The notes below the pieces were generated by a model. It was not told the origin of the DNA and did no database searches. It worked only from the letters and a program-made list of their open reading frames with translations. From the NCBI GenBank assembly GCA_051294905.1, contig CM119372.1:14820001-14884000 (forward strand): 64,000 nt of DNA, in the 5' to 3' direction. A program made the position numbers and the translations under genes. The DNA comes from Botryllus schlosseri (taxonomy: Eukaryota). Positions 35,001-48,298 of this stretch are shown here, piece after piece (the first letter of the stretch is position 1; every line of letters begins with the position of its first letter).

Positions 35001-37581
35001 TCTTTCATATGCAACGTAAAAATATTTGAAGCAGAAGTAGAATTGACTGACTGACTTTAAATCTACTCAAGTAAGTAAGTAGTCAGTTGTTAAAACGACC
35101 ATAATTCGTTCGCATGGCCTGTCAAGAGCTGCAAATTGAGCTATGCGAAAGGTGCCGAGCTTGATTCATATTGATGCATACCAGGAGGTATCGAATTTTC
35201 GACAGGATAAGCATTCGTTCGCATCATGGGATAGTATTGATATGGAAATGCGATACTAATCCTATGTTTACTCGATCGTTTTAGAAAATGTCATGGTGTG
35301 GCGCCCTCCTTCATAATATAATGCCCGTAGTTTAGTCGAAGAGTAATACGGAGAAGTTGTATTGGATACGATGTAAACATTTTGTGTGATTGGTAAATTT
35401 TAATAAAAAATACGATGGATCGTAAAAATTCCATGTGTAGCTTTATTACCGGAAATTAAAGGCATTACTACACTCGCTTTTATATTTCAACATGTATGTT
35501 CTGCAGACAAAAGAACTGAAACTAATTAAAAATAGAGAAATACAAATGCCACTTCTAAAGAGCGAAAATCTATTCCATGTCTTTTGTCTATGAAGGTGGT
35601 TTACTAATACAGTTTTAACGTTAAAAAAGGAGATTAGTAGGACACGTCATGGGCCGCTAGATTACGATATGATAGGTAATTGGTAGATTGCGAAACGGCA
35701 GTTTCAAACGTTATGGTGGGCCATATTTACTGTGATGAAATATTTGATATGGGCGACAATGAGGTGTGAGCGGAACCACGCAATACGGTACCTGAATTAT
35801 ATTCACTGATACTTTCGTGAAAACATATTTGTCACTCCATAACTACTGGGCTTTTCTTGAATTTTGTGAATATTAAATGTTGGTACTACGTGAAAACAGC
35901 TCCGAAATTTCTCGGGCTATATTTCTTATTGGGGGGGATTATACTACTATACTACTATTGCGACGAGTAATAGCTATGTTGGCATAGTAGCTAGTAGTGT
36001 GCGAACAACATTCTAGTTTCGATCACAAGTGGAAGTGGAAAAGGAAGTGGAAAAATATTTCGAAGCAGAGAGTGAGAGCATGGACTGTGAATCTGTGATG
36101 TATTGGGTTACTGGAAAAGACAAACTCGTTTTCCTCGTCTCAAGGCTGCTGCTCGAGAACTCGTAGACATGACCGGAACATCAGCTCCACCGGAAAGAGT
36201 TTTCAGCCATACGGGAGAACTCTATAATGCAGGGGTCGCCAACTCAAAACGAATTTCGGGTCACTTTTAAAATTTCGTAGAGGCCGCGGGCGCAAGAATG
36301 CAATATCGAGACAAAATATGCCACACAGTTGGGCAACGACGTTTTTAAAACTTTACGTTAGTACAACGCCATGCTCACTAATATAGGCGGTGGTCATGGT
36401 TACCACAAAAGAAGTAATATTTTATTAAGTAGTAAAAATACAACGAGAAATATCATGATCATAAACGTCATTATATTTAGAACTATGAGCTGCGCTCGAT
36501 ACCTGACCAATGACCAGTGACCACGCTTTCAAATCAATTTCAGCATTTCAAATGCTTTACTTCGCGTTCTTCGAAAATCACAAATCAGATCACCGGTGCA
36601 TGTGGCCCGCGTGTTGGTGACCTCTGGTATAGTGCAAAACGAGCCAAGCTTGGTGTAAAGATGTCATCCATTATCATGCTTATGGGAATGCATTGTGATT
36701 AGATATGAACTGAACTTAATTTGGCTGTAAATATATATTTCTCATTTAAAATTTCATTCAATTTCAAAGTTTCTGCGAATTCAGTAATTTTAATTCTAAT
36801 CTAATTTGGAAAAAATGTGTAGCTCTAATTCTAATTCTAATCTAATTTGGAACAAACTGCGCAGGTCTAATTCTAATTCTGAATCTAATTTGGAAAAATT
36901 CTGTGGCTCTAATTCTAATCCTAATCTAATTTTGAAAAATTGTGTAGCTCTAATTCTAATTCTAATCAAATTTGGAAAAGCTGAAAATTTTCTAGTTGTC
37001 CAATTCTGATCTCAACTCTCAATCGTCGAATTCCGGGGTAATCGCGCAAAACGTAATCACAGTGATCAGTGATCTGACCAATCACCAATAGATCTCAATG
37101 AAATGGGTATATTCAATATTCATGCCCAGCTGTAAGAAGATGATATGCTAGAGAGATCATTGCTCGCAAACGCACACATTAGTCCAGTAATGTACCAGAT
37201 AGGCGGGATTTCGGACAAAATATTTCAAATGCCAACTTACTTTGCTCGTTATACCCAGTGATATAATTGTAAAGCCTTCGAAACGGGCTCTCCGCGGTTC
37301 TCTTGGTGGGATCTATCGTGGTGGTAGACCATTGCAGAGACGAGTATGCACGTTTCTCATAACCCTCTTTCTGGAAATTTAATAGCATTCGATTACTGCA
37401 GACGATATTATTTCTGTTTAACGCTAAATGCCATGCTAAATTATAACTAGTAACTACCCTGCTGCAGTAAGTTTACATATCTAACCGAGGGATTTCTAGA
37501 AATCCCTGATCTAACCTTAAGCTCCACAACGTAAGGGGCCATTTCATATCCTCTGTGCTGATCACACACTTTATCGCCCAT
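26053..37581 (-). CDS. HEBP2: SOUL/HEBP-family heme-binding protein, paralog B, 185 aa, no signal peptide
   Basis: Exons 37581-37516, 37370-37241, 27687-27501, 26227-26053 (66/130/187/175 nt, identical sizes to paralog C), GT-AG introns. Motifs GYEKRAY, PFRRLYNYITGYN, ISMTVPV, MSFYTP, YSGW, AAYESPYRLWGRRNEVW. An in-frame upstream ATG exists at 37650, but paralog C supports 37581. Confidence 0.9.
29457..30623. mobile_element. hAT Buster/Charlie-like MITE (family H) with a nested MITE near 30153-30475
   Basis: TIR CAGGGGTGGGCAAAC; TSD CTCTACGC (nnnTAnnn). Related sequence at about 8660-9027 and 55316-57078. Confidence 0.85.
33112..33281 (+). mobile_element. 170-bp solo Penelope-type pLTR / hammerhead-bearing retroposon
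   Basis: 12-bp TSD ATAGTAGTTATT (33100-33111, 33282-33293); absent from the sister L copy at about 31665. Shares the 3' motif GAAGTTCTGTACC with the pLTRs at 20.6 kb. Confidence 0.8.
33166..33213 (+). ncRNA. Minimal type I hammerhead ribozyme
   Basis: TTCGCTA-CTGATGA-G-AGTCAGT-C-GAAA-AGCT-TT-TAGCGAA: 7-bp perfect stem I, canonical core, palindromic AAGCTT stem III. Confidence 0.82.
36040..36665 (+). pseudogene. hAT transposase C-terminal dimerization-domain remnant split by a MITE (36230-36626)
   Basis: EVEKYF..VMYW../ TRFPRLKAAARELVDMTGTSAPPERVFSHTGELY, then after the MITE YSAKRAKLGVK. SAxxERVFS is the hATC motif. Confidence 0.75.
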
Positions 37582-37699
37582 ATTTCTTTTTCGAGGAGCG
37601 TATATCAGCTTAGCCGGCAAAAAGATTCTTCCTCCAGCACGGTTGAGCATTCTTTAGAATATTCCTTCGACTCATTTCTACAAACTCATTATATTTGTA

Positions 37700-37709
37700 G
37701 TTATGTAAC
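37700..37709. promoter_or_regulatory. Consensus D-box (PAR-bZIP/E4BP4 site) upstream of SOUL paralog B
   Basis: GTTATGTAAC matches RTTAYGTAAY; about 120 bp upstream of the ATG at 37581. Confidence 0.45.
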
Positions 37710-39142
37710 CGATAAAGCTAGTGTGGCAGGCCTTTGATCGCCTATCGAATGAATCAGCTGTTTGTAGTATTCCTCGGTCCAATGACTGCAAACAAATCGT
37801 GTTGGCCGATTGAACTCCAGTTCTGTCGTTGGATATATAGCGTTGTATTTTGCCAAGCCCATTCACAGGCTATACCGCTATACATGATATGCAACCTGCA
37901 ACCTATAACCTGTAACCTGCCCTCGTGTAGATTCGGCGACATGGTTCCTTAATCTCTTTGGGGTGGACCGGCCTGCCTTAATATGTCCGAAAAATCTTAT
38001 CCACTACTAGCACGGTGAAATGAGCAGCGAACACGGTTTCGGACAAGCCTATCATTAGGCGGATTTAGATCACCGAATTTTGCGGAGCGAGATAGCGTAA
38101 TGTGGCACTTCGAATATGGGTTGAATCTTTACCCGGCCTGTAGGAATGAAGTATAACAGTAGGAATGAGTGATAAGGAGTTGGATACTATTTAGCCATGA
38201 TTCAAAATGATGCAGGATTTATATTTCAGACTCAATTCTGGAACTGAATTTGCATTTCAAAATATTATACCCAAAGCTCATGTTTCTATCTGTATTAATA
38301 TATAAATGATAAATACGCATACAACCAAGCTTTGATTGCAGTGTCGTAACAGTATTCCGTCATGTTACTAATGCTACAATTTCAGGAAACAAGGTTTGAA
38401 CGATACTTGTACAATGCCCAATGGGGCGAGCTCGAAGGGGTCCCAAAATATTTCGTGAATTAACATAAATCATAGAGTATTTTTTTGAAAATTTATGCTG
38501 GGCGCGATTTAATGTTGTGAAATCTCTTCATTATTGGGTATTATACCCTTCCCCCAACAAAAAATACGCATGATTTATAGAAGTGGGTGCTTCGGCGTCG
38601 GCCATTACCACGCAACGACGCACCAAGACGTATCTACTTCGAGATATAGGCCTATGCAACATATATATAGATATAGTTTTTTAATTGTCCATAGGCGACT
38701 AAATGGTTGGCGCCGAATGCTCCTGTTTTGGCGATCTGAGCCCCACAAGACGACTGCCATCCCGCAGGGAACATTATTTGCCAGTAAAGAAATACCAATC
38801 TGAAATCGTGTTTGTCTTTTAGTTTAGTATGTTTGAGCGATTTCAATATCTTTTGACATAGCAGATAGGGGGTCACGAAATAACATCATGTATCGGAGTC
38901 ATTATCCCACGAGTCCGTCCGAAGATGTTTAATTATTACACCTTTTCCAACACACCTCACTGAGCTCTACCGGTAAATCTGATTACGTGAGCAGAGAGAG
39001 GATAAAAATTGATAGCAATATACATGCTATGTGGAGGGGCCTGACGAAGTGCTGTTGCGGTCCTGGGTACGGCAGTTATCGCTCTCGTCAGTTTTATATA
39101 TACCGAGAGCCAAATTACAAGGATCGAAATCGGCCCTCACAC

Positions 39143-42100
39143 CATAGTATGCTATATGGTGTCGACACAAGCAAATCTCGCGGCTCAGTGAAATTGATTC
39201 ACGTCACAATTTCCATTTGGCTACAGGCAATTTGACGGTCATTTTTGACCGGCTTGCCGAGCATTAAATTTGGTGAAACGGATATCAATCGAAAGCTGAC
39301 TCTGCACTGATTACGAAAATATAAATTTTATTCCGCTCGCGGCCCTGGAACTCCCACAATCAGCCTCGAATTTTTCATTGTTATGGAGATTGGCATTGGG
39401 ACGTAACCATGCTGTCTAGGGAAACGAGAGAGTAGCTCAAGAGCAAAAGAGCGGCTGCGCAGCGAGAGTGGGTAACTCAGCTGGTGTCGCTCAACGATAC
39501 CGCTGTACTGCTTCTAACGCAAAAGGTCTCTGGCACTCGGAGAAATCCGAATGGTGATTGAATAATGATAAACCAAATTCCAACGTGAACGTCACTGTTC
39601 GGTTAAAACTCCTATATTCCTGACAAGTGCTATTTAGGCCTAGGCTTGGTAATAGAGCATTCCAGTGAAAAACAAAGGTAAGGATTTGGTGGTAACATTT
39701 TGGAATATTTTGACTGGTCCGGCCCGCAAGCGGGCCAAGCCAATCGATATCATAATAATCTGGCATATCCAATGTAGACTACTTAGACGTAGCCTAAATA
39801 TCTCCGTAAGTTGAAGGATAATGCGCGAAAATTGGTAGGGCCCTAATAAATTCTGTGGACCCAGTTCTACCCTTACAAGTCGAGGAAAGGCTGGTAATGT
39901 GTGCTCGCTTTTAGCGAAGCGCATAGAAAAAGCAGTGGCGGCTCGTCCTATAGGGCAACTGGGGCATTGCCCCACCTAAAATTCTGTTCAATAACAGTTC
40001 TTTACCATTTAGAGACGCACAGCAATCTATATATACCGAAATCACAGCGAAAATCGTATTCTTCTTGTCCTTTCGCTTGTAAATGCTCATATATAGCGAA
40101 GTCTCTGCGAAAATCGAATTCTCTTCCGTGTTTTCGCTTTGCGAATGCCTGGCCGGGGCATGCCCCGGTAGCGCTCATAACAAGCTTTCACTGTCTATTC
40201 TCTCAAAGCCGCGCACAATAAAGAAACAGTGATTTACTCTCTCCTATTCATAAAATTACCGAGCAACCGGGGCAACATAGCCTAGTCGCCCTCAAGGTGT
40301 GATGTAACAATCGTATCTATATCTGAACTCGGTTACCGTCATATGCGTTTAGTCGACCTTTGCTGGTATAGGTCGATTTTGATGGTGTTTCACACCATGA
40401 TAATTCTTGAAACTTGGTATGTCATGTCGTGATAGTGGTATTTAACACTGTCCCAAGTTACAGGGTTTCTACTTAAAGTTTAGGGTAGTAATTCCGTTTC
40501 CGAAGTTGAGTGTGTGCTGACCGTCATGTATCGCAAACAGATTTTACTCAAAAGCCGGTATTGGTATCCATTGATTTTGACGATGTTCCATACCGAGATC
40601 GGTCATGACATTTGGTACGGTAAGTCTTAATGTTAGTATCGAACGCTGTACCAAGTTTCAAGTTTGTCACTGTACTGTGTTTGTGGTAATTTCGTTTCCT
40701 AAGTCGAGTGAGAGCTGACTCGTCATTTATCGCAAACATATTTTACGTAAAGCCGGTATTGGTCTCCATTGATTTTAACGATGCTCCTTACCTAGATCCG
40801 TCATGAGCTTTTGCATGGTATGTCTTGATTTTAGTATCGAACGCTGTACCTAGTCTCAAGGTTGGCACTCAATGATTAGGGCAGCAATTTCGTTATCAAG
40901 GTCGAGTATGGTAGAGATGTGCGCTGATCTGACACTTAGCCCACCTAACGCATTGCGGATTTCACGCAAAAGCCGGTGTATCTGTGTTAACGCTAACTGT
41001 GTTCCATACTGAGATAGGTGATGAGATGATGATATCATGAAACAGTTTACTAACATCCTCGGTTTGCATTCAAATATTTACTTTTATTTTATATTCTCCA
41101 ATGTCAATTTCACCGTGAAATTGTGGCCTTCAGGCCATTTGCTTACAATTACAACCCCTGTCAAGCGCGATAGCTGTTTCGTTTTCGATGGCGGCTAAGA
41201 GCTGATCGCTTGATCAGCCTATTCCTCAGTAAATTTTACGCAAAATTCGGTGTTGGTCTGTTCGTATTAATTTTGACAGTGTACCATACCGAAAACGGTC
41301 ATGAGGCTATTTCTCGATGATTTCATGTAACAGTGTACCAAGTTTTCGGCTTTCATCCACGTATTTATTCGGTAATATATTTTCCCAAGGCGATTTTGCA
41401 GCAGACATATAGACACTATAGACCGTAAGCCGTATGTGTCGTGTGACAGTCTCCAGCCTCAAGGCCAAAATCTCCTATGCTGTACCGGGACCGAATTTCC
41501 GAGGCCGCTATCCGTAGTTCTTCAGAATTATGTTTTGGATTCAATATGACATGTCCAATCTATGAGATAACAATTGCGTATGTGTCCGAACTCGTTGACC
41601 TTTCCAGTTAGGCTTACGCAATCTCTCGAGTTATAGTCATTTCCATTGCTGCAGATAATTAGTCAGGTATAGTGCGAACATGAACCGTGTCGAATCTTTG
41701 TTCCGTACGCCGTTTACGCAGTTACCACACTTCAAGTCACAGCTCACCGGCAGACCTCTCGCGGCACATACGTTAAAGTCACTGTTGTCGGGAAGTTCGT
41801 GTTACCGTAGTCCGTACCACCAAGTTACTTGTTTACGTTGGAAAACGCCATTGTGACGTCATCTTGATGAAAAGTCGCTTGCAGCCCTTGCCCCACCACC
41901 CGATATTGTCACGAGCCGCCACTGAGAAAAAGTATCAACAGCGCAGCGTTTCTCTGCGACGCGATTACACTAAGCACATTGCCATTGCCTCGACGTCAGC
42001 TGATCTCACTCTCGCCGCGCAGTCGCATTCTTGCTCTTGAGCTACTCTCTCATTTCGGCAGTCAGGATTGTTGCGTCACACTGCCAATCTCCTCAACAAT

Positions 42101-42322
42101 GAATAATTTGGGGCTGATTGTGGGGGCTCCAGGGCCATGAGCGGAATTTTTTTCATATATTTGCGCAAGCAGTACAGCGTCAGCTTTCGATTGATACCCG
42201 GTTCAACAAATTTAATGCTCGGCAAGCCGTCAAATTGCCTGTAGCCAAATGGAAATTGTGACGTGAATCAATTTCACTGAGCCGTGAGATTTGCTTGTGT
42301 CGACACCATATAGGACACTATG
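39143..42322. mobile_element. P-superfamily-like (Galileo-type) foldback element with about 330-bp TIRs and internal about 200-bp tandem repeats
   Basis: Ends CATAGT.. / ..ACTATG; 7-bp TSD CTCACAC (39136-39142, 42323-42329). Internal repeat units start near 40551, 40750, 40969 and 41262. Confidence 0.78.
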
Positions 42323-42856
42323 CTCACACTGTATCTTATTATCCTCAGTTTTTGTATCATGGTGAACTTGGCGGTCTGTATTGCTGATATCAAGCCTAGT
42401 TGTACGAAAGGATTTAATCCCAAAACGCACTCGATTGTTTTGGTGTATTCCACGCTTTCATGAATGAGTCATTAAAATGTATCATAGAATTGCGGCTCTG
42501 TACCTGCCATACTTTCATAGTCATTTACAGCTGTACTTTTTCGTCTTGTCAATGCAGTCATGGTTGGCGCTCATTCTGCTCAAGATTGTCAATTTCTTTC
42601 AGAAATACCGCGAGATAATTTCAATTAAAAATATATATTTGTAGTAAATGAATGAAAGGCTGAACTTGCGAGGCAATAAACTCGACAGGTATGACATAAT
42701 GGCAAACGAAGGCGATGCAATAGGATCTCTGGAAAGTGTAGCATCGCGTAAACATCTTCTGATGTTGCAATCATTAGTAGGTGTCACACACAATACAGTT
42801 CCGCGAAATAACCATAGCCCAAAACTAATGGTCGGTACACTTCACACCGGACAAAA

Positions 42857-45392
42857 CTAATCTGCCAGAATCCAAACTTCATTTCGACGGCCCCATAGCC
42901 GAAACGGACTGTCGTATCCCGCGATGTAAAATTTTCCTTTTTGATAAGGCATACCGTCCTTCTGAAGTGAACTTTCCAATTTCTGCAACTCTTGCTTTTC
43001 TTTTTGTTCGTTAGTCCAGCCGCTATAAGTGCTGGAATATCAATCGAGCCACAGTTACGCGGGGACTAGACAGAATCTGAAAACAGTGAAACGCATAAGA
43101 ACTGCAAAAATACTTGTGAGCGATAAAGAACAAAACTCGATGCCAGATATGGAAACATACGGATTCGAGAACAAACTGGTCTTATCATGAATATGGTTGC
43201 CAACATTTGAGAATGCGACACAATGAAAACTAGCCTTAACCCACCGCCAAATTTACCGTTATCCTACCCCTAACCTAATCAGATATCTGGCCCTGTCTCT
43301 CAACATAAACCTGCATGGCCAGCCTTTTTCGGCCAACGGGTCACATCAGATTTACGAGCCATTGCGCGGGCGACTTGATTGTTGCTGACCTTTTTTAGTC
43401 GTTCGAGGAGGGATCCGGACTATGTAACGGGGAATAGAAGACTTATCTTAGTACGCATCAAACTCGATAACAATTATGCCATAAAAACTCCTAGCCGCGC
43501 GAAGCACAAAAAGATTTCAAAGTTAATTAATGAATTCGCTCAATAATATTGTTACTTTAATATATTGCGGATCGCCTCTGTAAACCGCTCAGCTCATTTG
43601 ACAAGGACAGGATTATTCAGCGTTTGGACATATCAATATCGAAGATTTCGGTGAACATGTGTCGATCATTTTGTGCAAAGTTTTCATCGCCGACGACCTT
43701 TCTGCGAGTGCAGACGCGAAGTCGCTTGTTGTACGTCACGTTCTGTCATAATTTTGAATATAGTTAGAACCATTTCTGTAAATTGGGCGTAATTTTAATT
43801 GGGCGTAATTTTTTCAGGATGGGGCACCAATACTGAAAGCAAGAAATCGAGTGACAATAAATCGCGCGAAGCGCTAAGAAAAATTTCAAATCTACTAAAT
43901 CTGCCACGAAATATTCCGCTTTATGGTCACATGCCAAGATCTACGAAAATGTGGTAGTCCCCTGGCTACGCCAATGAGTCGGAACTGATATTTTAGTCAT
44001 CAATCTCCCACATATCGCGGTCAGGCTAATCAACTTTTTGGTTGGCCTCGCAATTGAAAGTTCATAATAAATTACCTGGGTAATTTATTTTTTTATAATA
44101 TAACTAATTTCGAAAATTATCTCGCGGGCCACGCCGGTTTTGGCAAATATGAGTGTTGTTCTGAATGCTGATAGGTTTTCCGTTGAAACTCGAATAGAAG
44201 GTGTCGGACTCTTCAAAAAGACGGCATAAATAGACAAAATTGGTTGACACGGCGGATTGGGACGTTCTTAAGAACCCGACAAATCATCACCATCATCATC
44301 ATTAACGCCCTATGGGTCGGGGAGAACATGGGATATTTACAGTAGCCGGAAAACAAAGTACCACAAGTTCAGTTCGATCAAAAAATACTCGACTGAGCGC
44401 GGGATTGGAACGTTTTGCTGCGCCAACCAACCTGACGTAGACGCTCATTCCTGGAGTCGTGGATAGATAGACGTCCGCGTTGGTCGGCTGGGGAGCCTTG
44501 TCGTGAAAATCTTTCGGCGTGTAAAACGACATTTGGTATTTGTTGTCGCGGCTTGTCGGTTTATCCTCGGATCCATCGTACGACATTAGTACTGGTACTG
44601 TCATGCTAATCTTCGCGTCTGACGTAACAAATACGGCATTCATCAAGGTTAGTATGATTGTTGATCGGTTCATATGATAACTGAATGCCGAAAACGATCT
44701 GAGACCTGCTTCGGACTTCGAAATTGTTAAGGGTCATATTATTGTTGCGGCTCGGTTAAAAGTGTATCACGAATTTATAATGACAACAAAATTATCACGG
44801 CCGACGAACTAGGATGTTACACAGCGTTGGTCGGTGAAGGGACATATTTTTATCATCCCGAAGTATAGAGGCAAATTCAATTTTACTAGAAGTAGGCAAA
44901 CCGTGGCCAGCAAGATACTTATATCCGGGTCGAAAGTTGTATTGGCCCTGCGATTCACGTAAAAGGTATAAAGCTAACAACATACAATATATACATTATA
45001 CAATAAAGAAATTCTAATTAATTCAATAAATCATTAGGAACCATCGTTCACCAACGATTCGAGCTCATCCAGTTCAACCAGACTCATAATTTCACACTCG
45101 AGTCAGTTTATAAATATTTGCACGTAGCTTACTTTGTTCGTTGGATCCAGTTATGTAATTGAATAGCTTTCGGAATGGACCACCCAAGCTTTTCTTGCCT
45201 GGCTCCGCTGTGGTGGAGGACCATTGCAATGACGCGTACTCACGCTTCTCATAACCGTCTTTCTGCAACACCAACATCAGTAACGAGCGGCTAGCCACGC
45301 TAAACCCATCCCTTGCATATACTAACCTTCTCCATCACAGAATACGGGGCCATTTCATACCCACGATGCCGATTGAGGACGATATCCGCCAT
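42857..45392 (-). CDS. HEBP2: SOUL/HEBP-family heme-binding protein, paralog C, 185 aa, no signal peptide
   Basis: Exons 45392-45327, 45262-45133, 44618-44432, 43031-42857; GT-AG introns; 558 nt open frame. Motifs GYEKREY, PFRKLFNYITGSN, KISMTVPV, MSFYTP, TYSGW, AGYDSPFRLWGRRNEVW. Confidence 0.93.
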
Positions 45393-45480
45393 TCTGCTCG
45401 ATGTTAGATCGCTTCAAAATCGAAACACTATTATACTGCCGTGGCACGACTGCCGACGGCTTACTATACAAGTTGTACTT

Positions 45481-45523
45481 CTTATGTAATCGAAAACTCT
45501 GTCAAGCGTGACGATGATGTAAT
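45481..45523. promoter_or_regulatory. D-box-like and CEBP/ATF-like sites upstream of SOUL paralog C
   Basis: CTTATGTAAT at 45481-45490 and ATGATGTAAT at 45514-45523, 90-130 bp upstream of the ATG at 45392. Confidence 0.4.
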
Positions 45524-48298
45524 CTGATGAGCTACCACGTAGCAGGCTAGCAGCTGCGTGTCTGCAAATTAAGCTCGTGTTATTGTTGCTTTGATTAGCG
45601 GATTGCTGCTCGGTTGAAAATGAGCGATAGCCTAGCACGCAGCAGTCGATCTGCATACACAAACACACACTTATTTTTCATTAGTTACGGTTTATCAAAT
45701 CATCTCAATTACTCAGATCACAATGCTGCGGTACATTGAAAAGATAGGAAAGTTCAGAATCTGACATCATAGACTAGCTGCGTCACGCCTATGCTCAGGC
45801 CGTGTTATTTTTGGCGGTTCGGGAACCAAATGTCAAAACTGCCAAAAATAAAAATTGTAAAATGACAAAAATAAGCTAGTTTTGGTATTTTTGGCATGTA
45901 CCAAAATATAGATTTTTATGAACAAGTCAACAAGTATCGAAATGAGTCTGCATGAAGCGACAAAACAAGTGTATAACGCTAAATTCCCGAATTGAGGCCC
46001 ATGAACCCTTCGGAAAGCCGCGGTCTACCGTCCAAGAGATCTAATGAGAATGAGAATCTTAGCGTCAACGCAAAATAGTCGAGTACTGAAATCTAGATTT
46101 ACGATATACTGTTGCTTGATCAGCCCGGGTAGTAAATGATATCGCCCCAAAAGTAGACTACTTTATATTGATTTACGAAAAACGGGGAGGGGCATGGCCT
46201 CTTTCGCACCATCCTTAGCTACGGCAATGGCGTGCACAGTCATGCAAAGTTAAATATTTCAAAGTTAATGCATGAATTCGATAATAATGGTAGTTTTTGC
46301 ATAAGGCATATATTGCACATACGTGATCATATGTACTGATAGAGCTTATGGAAGTGGTGTCGAAGAAAAATTTAGAGCACCCATGCGGCATGCTATATTC
46401 ATTATTCGTGCGTTTCTGACGAGTTATCTTGGAGTGGGTTCATTGTGCTATTGTACCAAATAGTCATGTCCTTGTAATCTGAGCCGCGACCTGCAGAGGA
46501 AAATATTGCATACTCTTAGCGAAAAGAGTGTGTATTCACACCAAAAGGATGGTACACGCCAGCAGAACCTAATCAGAATTATATCCCGGTTTTACTCGGC
46601 ATACCTTCCCACGTTTCTACGTGCAAGCATCATTTGGATTAAAATATTGTTTGATTTATACCGTAGTGTAAGTCTGAGATAGCTTCCGGTTCCGTGTACC
46701 GCGGGTGTGAATTCACACCCGTGTACCAACGCCAGTTATATACGTGTGCAATATTTTCCTCCGCTGGTCGCGGGTCGGGGCACATTGATTGCAAGGACAG
46801 GAGTATTTGTTGCCGTCACCACACCTTAGGCGGATAAAAGCCACACCTTAGGCGGACAAAACCCTGCAGCCCATTGATATCGCAGTGAAGGAGTATATAT
46901 AGCATCAGGGCCGTAACTGACGCACCCCGAACCCCCAATTGGGGGGGTGCGAGCTCGAAGGGGGCCCAAAATTATTTCATGAATTAGCATAAGTTATGGA
47001 GTACTTCTTTAAAAATTTATGCAACTTTTTCAATTTTCTTTCGCGCTGTGCGCGTTTAAATATTGACAAATATATGGGTACCCTTCCCCCAACAAAAATA
47101 CGCATGATTTATAGAAATGAGCACTTGGGTGTCGGCGATTACCGCGCCATGACGCACCAAAGACATATGAAGTTATAGGCCTTGTAACATGCGACTCCGA
47201 GAAGTGTGCAAGAACGATCAACAGCGAGAAGACCTTGGCCGAAAAGGACTGTCCTTGTGCGGACCGAAAATTTCGATATAGATACAATACATATATGTTT
47301 ACTTAGGTGCCTAAATGGCTGGCGCCGAATGTTCCTGTCCTGGCGATCGGAACCCCAGACTACAAATGAAATCCCGCAGGAAAAAATTATTAGCCAGTAA
47401 AGAAACATCAATTTGTGAGCAATTTGTGGCTTCGCTTCGCACGTTTAGGCACCACCACCTAGCTCCCTAAACAGTACACTCAATGTCGATGATAAGCATT
47501 GGCTAAATGCGAATATCCTGAGTGGGGTCGGTTTATCACCCTATGGCGAGGTCAAGACCAACGTTTTTGTGGGGGGCTGACGAAGTGCTGTTTCGGTCCT
47601 GTAGCATTATGATACTCGCACCTCGGATGCAATCCACCCGAGTTACAACTCCTTGTTCAAAGTAGCTTTTTCGTGGTTCCGCAACCCGGTCACTAGAATT
47701 AGGCGGTAAGCAGGAATCATATCATCAAGATTGTATTTTCTTGTACGTTTACGCTGAAATCGGAGCAAATTGTGCACTCCGCGGCAGGCGCCTGGTGCGT
47801 GACCAAGATAAAATCGATAAGCCTCACGTTCGATGAAAATCAGCAGGCAATTATTATGTAATCCTCATTCCTGGTGCCAAGTCGAGGTCACACGACAATC
47901 TGCATATGCAGATTCTACGTTGTTAAAAAAAAGAGATTGAATTTTATAAACAGCAGCATCGACGTTGGCAATTTGCTGCTAACAACACCTGTCCAGGCGA
48001 ATTAGAAACGATTACTAGAGCTTACTCATCACATCTAGTCACAAGTTGATGCCTTTTCATATTGTATTACATAAATGGAGCTAAATGCGACCATCACGTT
48101 TGATATTATTGCATATAGCCCGGGCTGGCATGCTATACTGATTTATAAGATTTGTTCCCGTTTCTAATTTGGTTGTCTACTTTGTCTTATTTAACAATTA
48201 TAAAACTTATTTTTTCGTGTCATAAGATTTTTGTAGACCATCTATAATATTGCAAATTTGATATTTCTTTTTCGGCTGGATAACACAGGGTTCATGAG

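Larger units (their letters stand above)
31369..37008. mobile_element. Family L hAT-derived element (CTAATT arrays) with multiple nested inserts, including a second L copy (32761-34261)
   Basis: TIR CAGACTTGGACAACTAGA / TCTAGTTGTCCAATTCTG; TSD ACCTCAAC/ATCTCAAC. Confidence 0.78.

Noticed and set aside
37564..37581. N-myristoylation of paralog B (MGDKVC)
   Set aside because: Gly2 is present, but the acidic residue 3 is unfavourable and paralog C has Ala2.
45524..45550. CTGATGA followed by a GCTAC/GTAGC stem as a hammerhead
   Set aside because: No GAAA after the stem and no stem I/III.
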